DNA of 64,000 nucleotides, from the NCBI GenBank assembly GCA_002269645.1, contig NIVC01000371.1, positions 294,459 through 358,458 on the forward strand. Direction: 5' to 3'. The position numbers and the translations under genes were made by a program. The notes under the pieces were generated by a model. It was given only the letters and a program-made list of their open reading frames with translations, did no database searches and was not told the origin of the DNA. Of the stretch, positions 36,538 to 54,284 are shown in pieces; within the stretch, counting starts at the first letter, position 1, and every line of letters starts with the position of its first letter. The DNA is from Macrostomum lignano. Taxonomy: Eukaryota.

Positions 36538-37180
36538 TGCAATGGTGGGTTCAGCACGCCTGTGTAGCATGAGACAGACCAGGCCTACGAGCTAAGGTCT
36601 GCAATCCTACACACCTGCACCCCCTCTATTCTGGTGCAGGAATGGCAGGAGAACTCTCTCCAAGCTGACTCGCAAGCCGACCCAGGGCTTCACGCCCCGC
36701 ATGTGTTCAAGGCAGCTCTGGGGCTGCTGGACTGACTGGGCTCCGGCGGCGGCAACCCATCCGTGGCCTTGGCTTCTGTCTCGGCCGTTTTGGGTATGCG
36801 GCTAGTCCACAGGCTCCGGAGGCAGTCCTCCTGCTTTCCCTCAAGGGCCCAGTGTAGTACCGTGCTGATGGACCTTTGGTTCGGCCTCTGGTTTTCTCCA
36901 AGCCGGGCTCTTAGCCGGGGAGTTTCTCGGTTGATAGCAGTCGGACTGGTAAGGGCTTAAGCCACCCCCCGGTCGCTATCTCTTGGCCTGGCTGTTGGGT
37001 TTGGGGCTGCGGCCCAGCGGCTTCTCACCTCTAGCCCCCACTCGCCTTTCAGCGACTCATGGAGTAGCACCAGCTGCCCGTGGTCGTCAGGGGTTAGCAA
37101 AATGAACGGCAACGCCTCCTCGCTGTTTCCGGATGCACGGAGCCCCCTGCAGCTAAGTCAAGTAAGTCAATTGATACATA
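36538..37180 (-). mobile_element. GC-rich ~640-bp insert, possible 5' fragment of a non-LTR (RTE-type) retroelement, inside a 16-bp minisatellite
   Basis: GTCGTTTCTGTGACAC-type repeats flank both sides (36465-36537, 37181-37240). The insert is compositionally distinct. It has only weak, broken APE-like peptides on minus (AALNTCG..SPG; GVQVC..LQ). Confidence 0.3.
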
Positions 37181-40100
37181 GTTTCTGTGACACATCGTTT
37201 CTGTGATACGTCGTTTCTGTTGGCACGCCTTTTCTGTCAGCCAAGTTGATAGTGAAAGTCCCACAAAATGGCAAGAACTGCCAAATAAAATCCAAATGTC
37301 AACTTAAAATCTAAAACTGCAGTTGTCTGAAAAAATTGTGGCAGTTTTGTTTTTACTCCGATAAGTGCTAACAGCATTGTCCAAAAGTTACTCTGGCAGT
37401 TTTATTACCTGAGAGCTCATCTACCTACTATAAACACATTTTTATAAACCTGAAAAGAGCCGGGAGTGGCGATTGAGCGATTGACCTGCAGCTAAAACTG
37501 ATTCCCGATAAGATAATTAGCCAGAGCGGACGTCAGACCGACGTTTTTCGCGTCAGATGCGCGGAGAGCCGCTAAGAGGGTTAATTCAGCCCAGGTTAAT
37601 TAAATTACGACTGCCAGGAGATGGTGGTGAATAAAGCAGAAATCAAGCACAGCAGCATTATTGAGCACACGCGCTAAGCCTGCATACATGGCATTCAGAT
37701 AGTTCAAACACAGCTGCAGCATTGGTTGCACTCAACCAATTCCAATTGCTGCAATGTCAACTGTGCAGTGTGTTTAATAAAACTTGCTCAGATATAAAAC
37801 TGTGCAAATATAAAACAAGCTCCAGTTACAGTAATGAATTCATGTAGCTATACATGTACTTGCAAACTATGTTCCTAAGCATCTCATCGCAATGTATATT
37901 ACTGTTAATGCTGTAGAGAAGTTTCAGCTACATATTGTGCATAGAGCATGTTCATGCGTACACGAATTCAAAAAGAGGGAATGTTTAATTTTTCGTCCAG
38001 TATATTTGTCAAGCAATACTCTGTCATTATTGTTTACATTTTTCTATAACTAAGTGTATCAAAAGCACACTGGGACATTTTTGTCAAGCCTGAGCACTGC
38101 ACCATATGCGATCTATCCGCGTACTTTTATCGCAATATAACTTTTGGTAACTTTGGAAAGAATTGCAGACGTTCCTATGGGGGCCTCTGCAGTGCAGTTC
38201 GTGTTGCTGCGTATCAATCACTTCTATGCTGAGTCAACTATTATATGTAGCTGCCCCGTGGACAGAATTTTCAATTTTTATCGATGAAGATTTACGAAAT
38301 ATGAGCAAGTTTATTGGGAATTTTAGACTGATAGACTAATAGACTGATTGGGAATTATGATTATAGGCTGAATACTTGGTAGTTACTAATGTCCCAAAAA
38401 GCAGCCTGTGCTGTGCAAAAGTAAGGATTGGGCCACCAGCTCAATTCTAGGAAAAGAGGCGCCATTCTAAAAGTTAAAGCGCCATTCTGTGAATCTGGGC
38501 GCCAATCTGGGAACGAAGGCGTCCCTTTAGGAAGACTTTATGCCAGGCCATGAATGTGTATAAAAATTTTTAACACTTTGGGCCCATGACGACTCTAATG
38601 GGTTTCGATTTTTGATCATCCTGACGGACATTTGGAACCTCCACCTATATATTTATATCGCTAATCGTAATTCAGATAAATTTATAGTAGCTCGTATATA
38701 TGCAATATATATTAACTAGTAAAGAATTTTTGAAACAGCTCAAATAGTTACTTTGCATTAGGCTGTCAATTAATCATCGACGGTGCGGCTCCACATGATG
38801 TGTACATTAAAATGATTGAGAAACACACATTAGTAAAGATGTTGAGTCAATGTGTTAGACGTAACATGCAGATATTACCAGCCTTTTTCTAAAAGTGCTT
38901 CATGAACTACGAGCGTATAGGCCTTATTACACAACACAATAAGAGTTACTTTTGCCTTTAGGCTTGTTCTGTACTTCTACTTTAGTTGCCCTTGAGCAGG
39001 TCTTATATGTGTATATTAATTAGGCTTTGCCTATGACAAAAGAACATCAAATCTAATGAAAAAGTCGATCAGCAACTATAGATATCAACCGTCCGAAAGC
39101 AAATAGGCCACATGTAGCAGACGTATATTGTGTAATCCAAGAGTTGAATCGTTGGCTTGTTTCATGTAGAGCAAGATAAAAGCCAATAAAAGGACAATCA
39201 TGAATCATTTACACCAGTCTCAGAAATCATTTCATGATGGCCTAGACAGCTCAGCTCGTGAAACACAAAGAAATTAGTTTTTAAAAACTAAAGGGACGTC
39301 AGATTTAAATAAATGTTTCTAAATGTTTTGGCTTTTTTAAGTCCGTGTCATGCTAAGTATCTTTCCCAGTTGGAGTAAACCATTATGTCACTGCTTTAGC
39401 AGCACCGAAAGTACAATTTTCTTGATGATTTATGATAGTCAATTTGAAATTTGGGAACCGATATAGCGTATATGTACAACTCATAATATAAAACAATAGT
39501 TAAAAATCCGCGAGCTTAGCAAGTAGCATGCATTAACAAAGCCGATCACTAAGTGAATGACTCTAAAAGCAAAGACACATCGTAATAGAATTTATTGTTT
39601 GTTATTTCTATTTAACAAAAAATTTCGCAGTATAATCTTTTATATTGCAGTATCTGTATTAAATTATAATGTCTTCATATTCAAACGAGACTGTTTCGCA
39701 AATTTTCTATGATGAATAGTTCTCTTCTTTTTCTTAAATTGCATTCTTTTTTCTGTAGTTGTTAAGTCTTTGCAGTTTTATAGTTTTATATATGTGAAAA
39801 TATTTAATATCTAGACATGCTAGGTGGTGGAGTATCGAATTAATTAATAACATTTAAGTAGTCCAGCCAAACCTAAAACAAACCACCTGCTGCTTTCTTT
39901 GCTTTTCTAAATAAGCTCCTTTTTCTGTTTTCAACATCTTAACTACCAACTACTGCATTTTGTCTGTAGCAAATTATGTATCCCTAACGCCATTTATCTG
40001 ATAGCTGTATTAAAAAGCCACGTAATGCACAAAACTTTTTAAAAATAAAAAGTCACATTAGGCCTATAGCAAAGTGTCTCAAGACAATATCAATAGTTGA

Positions 40101-40950
40101 ATGTTTACTATGACATTATTATTATTCTTCTATAAGAGTCTATCTATATATATTCACTTTTGTTTTGCAATAATTTAAGTAGAGAGATTTTATAAAGCTT
40201 ATTATAGGACAAAACTGAAAAGAGATTAGGCACTAGAATAAAGCACATTTAGCACTAAATAGCACTAAAACAGATGTCTACAACATTTAAATGAGTGTCT
40301 ATAACACTAAAATAAGTGCCTGTAGTGCTAAAAAGAGTGCCTGTGGTACTAAAAAGTTCCTATCCATGGAGCTAGGCCTAAGAAGAGTGCTTATAGTATC
40401 AAAATAAATAGGCTACCCACGGCCACAATGCTATAATGAGCATTGACAATACCCATTTTTTAAGTTATGGACATGTAAAAAGTTGGTTATATAAATGTAC
40501 TTTTTGAATTCTTGGCTTTGTCTTTTACTATAAAGTTGATAGTGATGCCCTTTATAGTAAAATTATATATAGCCATAGATTGTAGCATAAAAGTAAATAA
40601 AACTAAACTAAGTAAAATTTCATTTTAAAAGTTAGTTACTCATTCTAGAGATAGTCTTAATCAATGCCCTAATGTCAAAACCAAATATTATAGACCATGT
40701 TTATATGTATAAAATTGATCAAATCTAATGACTAATATAATTTTCTATTTTTCTATATACTTTTATATAGACATGCATATATTTTCCTTTACCTTTGTCT
40801 TATAATCACTTCAATAGAAATTAAGTATATTAAGTATGAATAATAAAGGATCATAAGACAAAGGTGAGGTGGAGAAGTATATCTTAGTCTTCTTAAAAAC
40901 ATTAAAGCCTTATTAACTTAAACAATTATGATCCTAAAACATTCATACAT

Positions 40951-41106
40951 ATGCAACCTTGGGAATCACTTGGCCATTTCTATTGGCAACACATATAGAA
41001 GTTGTTATTGGCTGAGAGCAGTCACATGATTACTATTCCATCCAATAGCAACTTACATGTATGTGTTGCCAATAGAAATGGCCGAGTGAATCCCAAGGTT
41101 GCGCAT
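40951..41106. mobile_element. Hairpin MITE-like element, copy 2 (opposite orientation)
   Basis: Same arms (GCAACCTTGGGAATCAC..TTTCTATTGGCAACAC) with the spacer CTGAGAGCAGTCACATGATTACTATTCC, which is approximately the reverse complement of the copy 1 spacer. Confidence 0.7.
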
Positions 41107-41352
41107 GTTTGAATACTTTGACTATCATTAAATGATTTAACATAATTGAATATAAGCTTTAAAATATGGCTTTGTCTTCTAATATTTTTATGTGCTATAT
41201 ACAAAATATATGTTTTAGGGCTTATGTTTTTCTATTATTAGTTAAATAATTATTTAGTCAAGTTTTTATCTATTGCCAACCAAGTTAGTCTTTTTTCTTA
41301 TTATACTATGCTCTATCTTATTTTTTCTTTTGTATTACTATGACTATGCCAT

Positions 41353-42138
41353 ACCCTATTGGAATCCCTATTGGAATAAGTTGACAAAACGTGGACGACC
41401 ATCCGTCACATTTTTGGATTCTCCTGGTGTCGCGTCGCGCGACAGTGGTGTCAAGTGGTGTGTCGCGTCATGCGACACTGTGGAAACCTGGTGTCATCAT
41501 GCGTCGTGTCGCGCGACACGACACAACGAGACGCAAAAGTGTGGCAACTTGGCGGCTGGTGTCGTCATGTGTCGCGTTGCGGCCTAGATCTGCAGGCTGC
41601 AGCCAAAACCTCACAAACTGTGTTTCATTGTAATAATATGTTCACGTTGTTTCTCGGTATTTAAATGTTTCAAACATGTTTGATAAAAACTAATTCTTGA
41701 ATTGTTCTTTTTATTTTGACGGTAAAATAACTAATACTTCAAATATAATTTTTAGAAATGTTACTTGTTAGTTACAATGCATGCACCGTTTTTCTAACTG
41801 TTGTACCTTTGCTGTTTTACTGTTTATTGTTTTTAAATTTCATTTCTTTTTCCGCAAAATTGAAAGGAATACTCTCGTCCCTTGCTCCATGGTCTTGGTG
41901 TCGGGAGCGAACGGCAGAACGAGAATTGTCAATTGCAACGTGGCTGCTGTGGCGTCCTTCCCCCCCCCCCCCCCCCTGGTCATTCGGTCAACAGACATCG
42001 GTGTTGTGTCGCGCGTCGCCGCCCCCCAGTCAACAAAATTTGGTGTCGCGTCGCACTTTTGAGGGCACAATTTTGGCACCCGTGTCGCGCGTCCGCGGGT
42101 TTTTGAAACTTATTCCAATAGGGATTGGAATAGCAAGT
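41353..42138. mobile_element. ~785-bp non-autonomous DNA-transposon-like element with terminal inverted repeats and internal GTGTCGCG motif clusters
   Basis: CTATTGGAATCCCTATTGGAATAAGTT (41356) versus AACTTATTCCAATAGGGATTGGAATAG (ending 42133): 2 mismatches in 27 nt, with weaker similarity continuing inward. TA dinucleotides lie near both ends. No transposase. Confidence 0.55.
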
Positions 42139-42326
42139 ATTTTTTCCAAATTATTGGCTATTAGTACTTTTTCTAAAATATCATTGCCAATGCAAACATT
42201 AGATATTTATTAATAGATATATTATTTTTTTCTCAAAACAAAAATTTATGCTGGGACAGTGATGTAGATACAATCAATTGAATTGGATTTGTCAAGCAGT
42301 TTGTTCAATTCCTGGCCTCACTGGAC

Positions 42327-47121
<4,795 letters not shown>

Positions 47122-47143
47122 GCTGCACGGCAAGTTTTCGAAT

Positions 47144-47149
47144 AATAAA
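47144..47149 (+). terminator. Polyadenylation signal AATAAA of the USP2-like gene
   Basis: AATAAA ~22 nt after the TGA stop. Confidence 0.55.
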
Positions 47150-47249
47150 TTCGCACGGATATCACCATAGCAACCGTAAAAAATAGGTTATCCCCGGTAA
47201 TTTATTTGAAGCACTCCGATGCCGTCTTAGCTTAATAGAAAGATAAATT

Positions 47250-47662
47250 GTTTAGTTTCCATGGCAACATGAATATTGATTCGCTTCCTGTAGTTTTGAA
47301 TTGGTTTCCATGGCAACATGAATATCGGTTAGCTTACTATGTAGGTTTGAATTGGTTTCCATGGCAACATGAATATCGATTCCCTTCCTATGTAGTTTTG
47401 AATTGGTTTCCATGGCAACATTAATATTGGTTAGCTTCCTATGTAGGTTTGAATTGGTTTCCATGGCAACATGAATATCGATTCGCTTCCTATGTAGGTT
47501 TGAATTGGTTTCCATGGCAACATAAACATCGATTTCCTATATAGATTTGAACTGGTTTCCATGGCAACATGAACATCGATTTCCTATATAGATTTGAACT
47601 GGTTTCCATGGCAACATGAACATCGATTTCCTATATAGATTTGAACTGGTTTCCATGGCAAT
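47250..47662. repeat. 47-52-bp tandem repeat, each unit carrying an RFX X-box-like motif GTTTCCATGGCAAC
   Basis: Motif at 47255, 47304, 47355, 47406, 47457, 47508, 47555, 47602 and, imperfect, at 47649. Confidence 0.9.
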
Positions 47663-48484
47663 CGGAGTGTTTGTCCTTGTCGCTAGGAATGCTAATCCAT
47701 ATTAAATTCAGTTTTAATTGCACCCGATTCCACAGTAATAAAAACTTGTCTACCTGATTTTGCTTTTGTTCTGCTTGTGCCCATCTCCTCTGCTCAAAAC
47801 ACAGCCGTTGGAAAAAGGAGCTCATAGTTTTATACTTCCATCTATTTTCGTTGGCATCTCAGAAAAACTTTAACTGATAGATTTGTTTTACTTTTATTTT
47901 CGCTAACTGCAATTTTTCCGCCTGCTAATAGTAGTGCATGATAATAGAACATGAACTTGTACTTTAATAATATCAGTTTCTATCGAGTTTTCTCGCAGAC
48001 AGGACAAGGCCCTTCCTGCCTCTAAGATATCTGTTTTGATTTTGTAAAGAAGAAATAACGAAGGAAACAACTTAAGTTTGAGGCTGGCCTCCATAATTAT
48101 CGCATCTATTTATTCGCGTAAAATTTTTATTTATAACTTATACTCATTATCTGCCTACACCTGCCTTTGACCGGAAGAGAATGTGTACAAAACCTTTTTT
48201 GTTAGCTCGTACAAAAAAACATTTAACAGAGTGACTGAATCGAAGTTAACTGCAACCATTTTAGAGTCATTTTTTCATTTCTATTCAGGTCGGACATGCC
48301 GGTCGGTGTCCCACGTGTGATAGGCTGACTTCAGTTTAACAAAACCTCGTCTAATTCTCTACTTTGTCAGTCCTTTGATCTCTCGAGTTTTTTTTAATAT
48401 ATCAATTCATGAAGCGCCTCGTGCTAAGAAAGATAATGGCTCTTTGTTTCAGTTGTCTTTGTTTGTTATTTACACTTACAGTGA

Positions 48485-50910
48485 GATTTCGTAGCTGCAA
48501 TTCATGATATTGTGACATTTTGTAGCTGCAATTCATGATATTGTGACATTTTGTAGCTGCAATTGATGATATTGTGACATTTTGCAGCTGCAATTGATGA
48601 TATTGTGACATTTTGTAGCTGCAATTGATGATATTGTGTCACTTTGTAGCTGCAATTGATGATATTGTGACATTTTGTAGCTACAATTGATGATATTGTG
48701 ACATTTTGTAGCTGCAATTGATGATATTGTGACATTTTGTAGCTACAATTGATGATATTGTGACATTTTGTAGCTACAATTGATGATATTGTGACATTTT
48801 GCAGCTGCAATTGATGATATTGTGACATTTTGTAGCTGCAATTGATGATATTGTGTCACTTTGTAGCTGCAATTGATGATATTGTGACATTTTGTAGCTG
48901 CAATTGATGATATTGTGACATTTTGCAGCTGCAATTGATGATATTGTGTCACTTTGTAGCTGCAATTGATGATATTGTGACATTTTGCAGCTGCAATTGA
49001 TGATATTGTGTCACTTTGTAGCTGCAATTGATGATATTGTGACATTTTGTAGCTGCAATTGATGCAATTGTGAGATTTTGTAGCTGCAATTGATGCTATT
49101 GTGAGATTTTGTAGCTGCAATTGATGATATTGTGACATTTTGCAGCTGCAATTGATGATATTGTGTCACTTTGTAGCTGCAATTAATGATATTGTGACAT
49201 TTTGCAGCTGCAATTGATGATATTGTGTCACTTTGTAGTTGCAGTTGATGATTTTGTGACATTTTGTAGTTGCAGTTGATGATATTGTGACATTTTGTAG
49301 TTGCAGTTGATGATTTTGTGACATTTTGTAGTTGCAATTGATGATATTGTGACATTTTGTAGCTGCAATTGATGATATTGTGACATTTTGTAGCTGCAAT
49401 TGATGATATTGTGACATTTTGTAGCTGCAATTGATGATATTGTGACATTTTGTAACTGCAATTTATGATATTGTGACATTTTGCAGCTGCAATTGATGAT
49501 ATTGTGACATTTTGTAGTTGCAATTGATGATATTGTGACATTTTGTAGCTGCAATTGATGATATTGTGACATTTTGTAGCTGCAATTGATGATATTGTGT
49601 CATTTTGCAGCTGCAATTGATGATTTTGTGAGATTTTGTAGCTGCAATTGATGATATTGTGTCACTTTGTAGCTGCAATTGATGATATTGTGACATTTTG
49701 CAGCTGCAATTGATGATTTTGTGAGATTTTGTAGCTGCAATTGATGATTTTGTGACATTTTGTAGCTGCAACTGATGATATTGCGACATTTTGTGACATT
49801 TTGTAGCTGCAATTGATGATTTTGTGAGATTTTGTAGCTGCAATTGATGATTTTGTGAAATTTTGTAGCTGCAATTGATGATATTGTGACATTTTGCAGC
49901 TGCAATTGATGATTTTGTGACATTTTGTAGCTGCAATTGATGATTTTGTGACATTTTGTAGCTGCAACTGATGATTTTGTGACATTTTGTAGCTGCAACT
50001 GATGATATTGCGACATTTTGTGACATTTTGTAGCTGCAATTGATGATTTTGTGAGATTTTGTAGCTGCAATTGATGATTTTGTGAGATTTTGTAGCTGCA
50101 ATTGATGATATTGTGAGATTTTGTAGCTGCAATTGATGATTTTGTGAGATTTTGTAGCTGCAATTGATGATTTTGTGAAATTTTGTAGCTGCAATTGATG
50201 ATTTTGTGAGATTTTGTAGCTGCAATTGATGATTTTGTGAGATTTTGTAGCTGCAATTGATGATTTTGTGAAATTTTGTAGCTGCAATTGATGATTTTGT
50301 GACATTTTGTAGCTGCAATTGATGATTTTGTGAGATTTTGTAGCTGCAATTGATGATTTTGTGACATTTTGTAGCTGCAATTGATGATTTTGTGAGATTT
50401 TGTAGCTGCAATTGATGATATTGTGACATTTTGTAGCTGCAATTGATGATTTTGTGACATTTTGTAGCTGCAATTGATGATATTGTGAGATTTTGCAGCT
50501 GCAATTGATGATTTTGTGACATTTTGTAGCTGCAATTGATGATTTTGTGAGATTTTGTAGCTGCAATTGATGATATTGTGACATTTTGTAGCTGCAATTG
50601 ATGATTTTGTGAGATTTTGTAGCTGCAATTGATGATATTGTGAGATTTTGCAGCTGCAATTGATGATTTTGTGACATTTTGTAGCTGCAATTGATGATTT
50701 TGTGAGATTTTGTAGCTGCAATTGATGATTTTGTGACATTTTGTAACTGCAATTGATCATTTTGTGACATTTTGTAGCTGCAATTGATGATTTTGTGAGA
50801 TTTTGTAGCTGCAATTGATGATTTTGTGACATTTTGTAGCTGCAATTGATGATTTTGTGAGATTTTGTAGCTGCAATTGATGATTTTGTGACATTTTGTA
50901 ACTGCAATTG
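48485..50910. repeat. 31-bp satellite (TTTTGTAGCTGCAATTGATGATATTGTGACA)
   Basis: ~2.4-kb array. It explains all the minus-strand 'MSQYHQLQLQ' ORFs. Confidence 0.97.
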
Positions 50911-51522
50911 ATACTCGCAGAAGTATGGGACCTGCTACTCAAACTGTTCAAGTAGTCCCCGCTGTGAGGTTTTGTTACTGCAATTTTGTCTGCACTTCAA
51001 CTAGAATTTTTTTTACCCTATCTACATCTACATGCACATGTAGAAGACAAGTTTAGCTTGTATATTAATTACATGTTATGCCTACTAACTAGATAATCAT
51101 GAGTAGTGAGTTAGGCATTCGAGCAAAAATATGCAGTTGGGCATTTAAAGGTGATTTTTAGATTTAATAACTAGCAATCTAGCGCCCCCCTTCGGGGTGG
51201 CCAATAAGCAAGGGACGAATTCTTTAAAATGAAAAAAAATTCTTAGGGAGGGGGGCTAGGAATCGAATTCTCATTTTAATTCCAGGCTTATGTACCAATA
51301 AAACATGTTTGTGCAGAATTTTATAACAGACATTGAAATTCAACCATACTTGCCTTCTTTCAGAGCTACTTCTACCAGTATGCTTCAGTACGCTACCAGT
51401 ACCCTTGTAAGCCTTGACATGTCAGCAATCCCCCCCCCACAAGCCTTAACATATCAACTCCCCCTTGACATCTCAGCGATGCTCCCATAAGCCTTGAAAT
51501 CTTAAAAAATCTGTCTACTTTC

Positions 51523-51561
51523 TAACCCTAACCCTAACCCTAACCCTAACCCTAACCCTAA
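51523..51561. repeat. Interstitial telomere-type repeat (CCCTAA)6
   Basis: Six perfect CCCTAA units, 51526-51561. Confidence 0.9.
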
Positions 51562-52539
51562 AGCATTGAAATTTCAGTAATTCTCTCTAAGAGTCTATAG
51601 CACTACTACAGCATTATAGCGATTCCCTGCAAGCCTCGACATCGTAGGGATTCCCAAATGAATCTCTTAACTTCGACATGAAGCTTCTTTTTTTTACATT
51701 ACGCTTTTTCTATCAGCGATCCCTCCCGTGAGGAGCCAACAAATAATGTAATAACTTTTTTCCAATAAACTACATGTAGCTTCTGACATTAGCCTTGACA
51801 TCTCATTTATTCCCCCGTGAGCCTTGACATCTCAGCTATAGATAGATAGATAGATAGATTCCCCTCGTAAGCCTTGACATGTCAGCGATGCCCCCCATAA
51901 ACCTTGAAATCTAAAAAATCCCCTGTTAACCTTGAAACGCGCTAAAATCTAACCCTCAACCCAAACCTGACGTAAACCTAACTTTCACCCAACCTAAAGC
52001 CTTGAAATCACAGCAATTCTTCTTCCCTAAGCCTTGGCATTAAGTGATTCCTTCTTTAAGAATCACAGCACTATAACGATTCCCTCCAAGCTTTGACATC
52101 GTAGCAATTCCCAAATGAATCTTTTACTCGTAACTTTGACATGACTTTTATTTTATGTATACATAGTGCTCCTTTTATTTTTACATGACTCTTCTTCTAT
52201 CAGCGCCCCCCCCCACCGTGGCAAGCCAACAAAGAATGCAATAAAAAAACTTAAGTAAAGTACATGTACTTTGAAGTAGCTTCTGACTTTTGCTTTAACA
52301 TCTCAGAAACCCCCCTGTAATCTCAGTTATTCTCTGTGAGCCTTGACGTCTCAGTGATTCTCCCCAGCACAGCACTATAGCTTCATTTAATTTTTATGAC
52401 ACTTGTTTCATGTCTGACATGACGCTTCTTTTGATTTTTACGTTACGCTTCTTTTATTCTTCCATGATGCTTCTTAATTTTTTAAATGACACACTTTCAT
52501 TAGTTTTTATATGAGGCTTCTATGATTTTTTCATGACGC

Positions 52540-53875
52540 TTCTATGTTAACATGACGCTTCTATGCTTGTTTACATGACGCTTGTATGATTGTTTACATG
52601 ACGCTTCTATGATTGTTTACATGACGCTTGTATGATTGTTTACATGACGCTTCTATGATTTTTTACATGACGCTTCTATGATTTTTACATGACGCTTCTA
52701 TGATTTTTACATGACGCTTCTATGATTTTTTCATGACGCTTCTATGATTTTTACATGACGCTTCTATGATTTTTACATGACGCTTCTATGATTTTTTACA
52801 TGACGCTTCTATGATTGTTTACATGACGCTTCTATGATTTTTACATGACGCTTCTATGATTGTTTACATGACGCTTCTATGATTTTTACATGACGCTTCT
52901 ATGATTTTTACATGACGCTTCTATGATTGTTTACATGACGCTTCTATGATTTTTACATGACGCTTCTATGATTTTTACATGACGCTTCTATGATTGTTTA
53001 CATGACGCTTGTATGATTGTTTACATGACGCTTCTATGATTTTTTACATGACGCTTCTATGATTTTTACATGACGCTTCTATGATTTTTACATGACGCTT
53101 CTATGATTGTTTACATTACGCTTCTATGATTGTTTACATGACGCTTCTATGATTGTTTACATGACGCTTCTATGATTTTTACATGACGCTTCTATGATTG
53201 TTTACATGACGCTTCTATGATTTTTACATGACGCTTCTATGATTGTTTACATGACGCTTGTATGATTGTTTACATGACGCTTCTATGATTGTTTACATTA
53301 CGCTTCTATGATTGTTTACATGACGCTTCTATGATTGTTTACATGACGCTTCTATGATTTTTACATGACGCTTCTATGATTGTTTACATGACGCTTCTAT
53401 GATTTTTACATGACGCTTCTATGATTGTTTACATGACGCTTGTATGATTGTTTACATGACGCTTCTATGATTTTTTATGACGCTTTTATGATTTTAACAT
53501 GACGCTTCTATGATTTTTTACATGACGCTTCTATGATTGTTTACATGACGCTTGTATGATTGTTTACATGACGCTTGTATGATTTTAACATGACGCTTCT
53601 ATGATTGTTTGCATGACGCTTCTATGATTGTTTGCATGACGCTTTTATGATTTTAACATGACGCTTCTATGATTTTTTTACATGACGCTTCTATGATTGT
53701 TTACATGACGCTTCTATGATTGTTTACATGACGCTTGTATGATTTTAACATGACGCTTCTATGATTGTTTACATGACGCTTCTATGATTTTTACATGACG
53801 CTTCTATGATTTTTACATGACGCTTCTATGATTTTTACATGACGCTTCTATGATTGTTTACATGACGCTTCCATA
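52540..53875. repeat. 22-23-bp satellite (ACATGACGCTTCTATGATT(G/T)TTT); second array at ~60830-62095
   Basis: Tandem repetition at the equivalent position in units 1 and 3. Confidence 0.95.
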
Positions 53876-54284
53876 ATTTTTTTTTGTCTTGGCGTTAAAA
53901 AGCTTTAATTAAAAAAACTCTACTCTCTAAAAATTCGAACCATCGTCCCTGCATTTAGCAGTTTAGTCTGTTTACCTCTAGGCTAGCTCTCATGAATTTT
54001 AGTCATTACCCCTAAATAGAAAATATTCCCAAGACAGCAAGCATCCCCCCAGTAGCAAGCATCCCCTAATACTCCTACCAAGCATCCACCCAGATAGCAA
54101 GCATCTGCAGATAGCAAGCATCTGCAGATAGCAAGCATCTTGCAGATAGCAAGCATCTTGCAGATAGCAAGCATACCCCAAATAATGTAGAAGCATCCTT
54201 CCAGATAGCAAGCATCCTGCACATAGCAAGAATCCCTAAATAGCAAGCATCCCTGGATAGAAATAATCCTATACATGTAGCCAA

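Noticed and set aside
37030-37090. Hammerhead-like words on minus (CUGACGA; AUGAGUCGCUGAAAGGCGA)
   Set aside because: No correctly placed GAAA after stem II and no stem I/III with a UH cleavage triplet, so the hammerhead core cannot be assembled.
48402-50951. Many overlapping ORFs up to 460 aa
   Set aside because: They come from the 31-bp satellite, giving a 31-aa period in all three minus frames.
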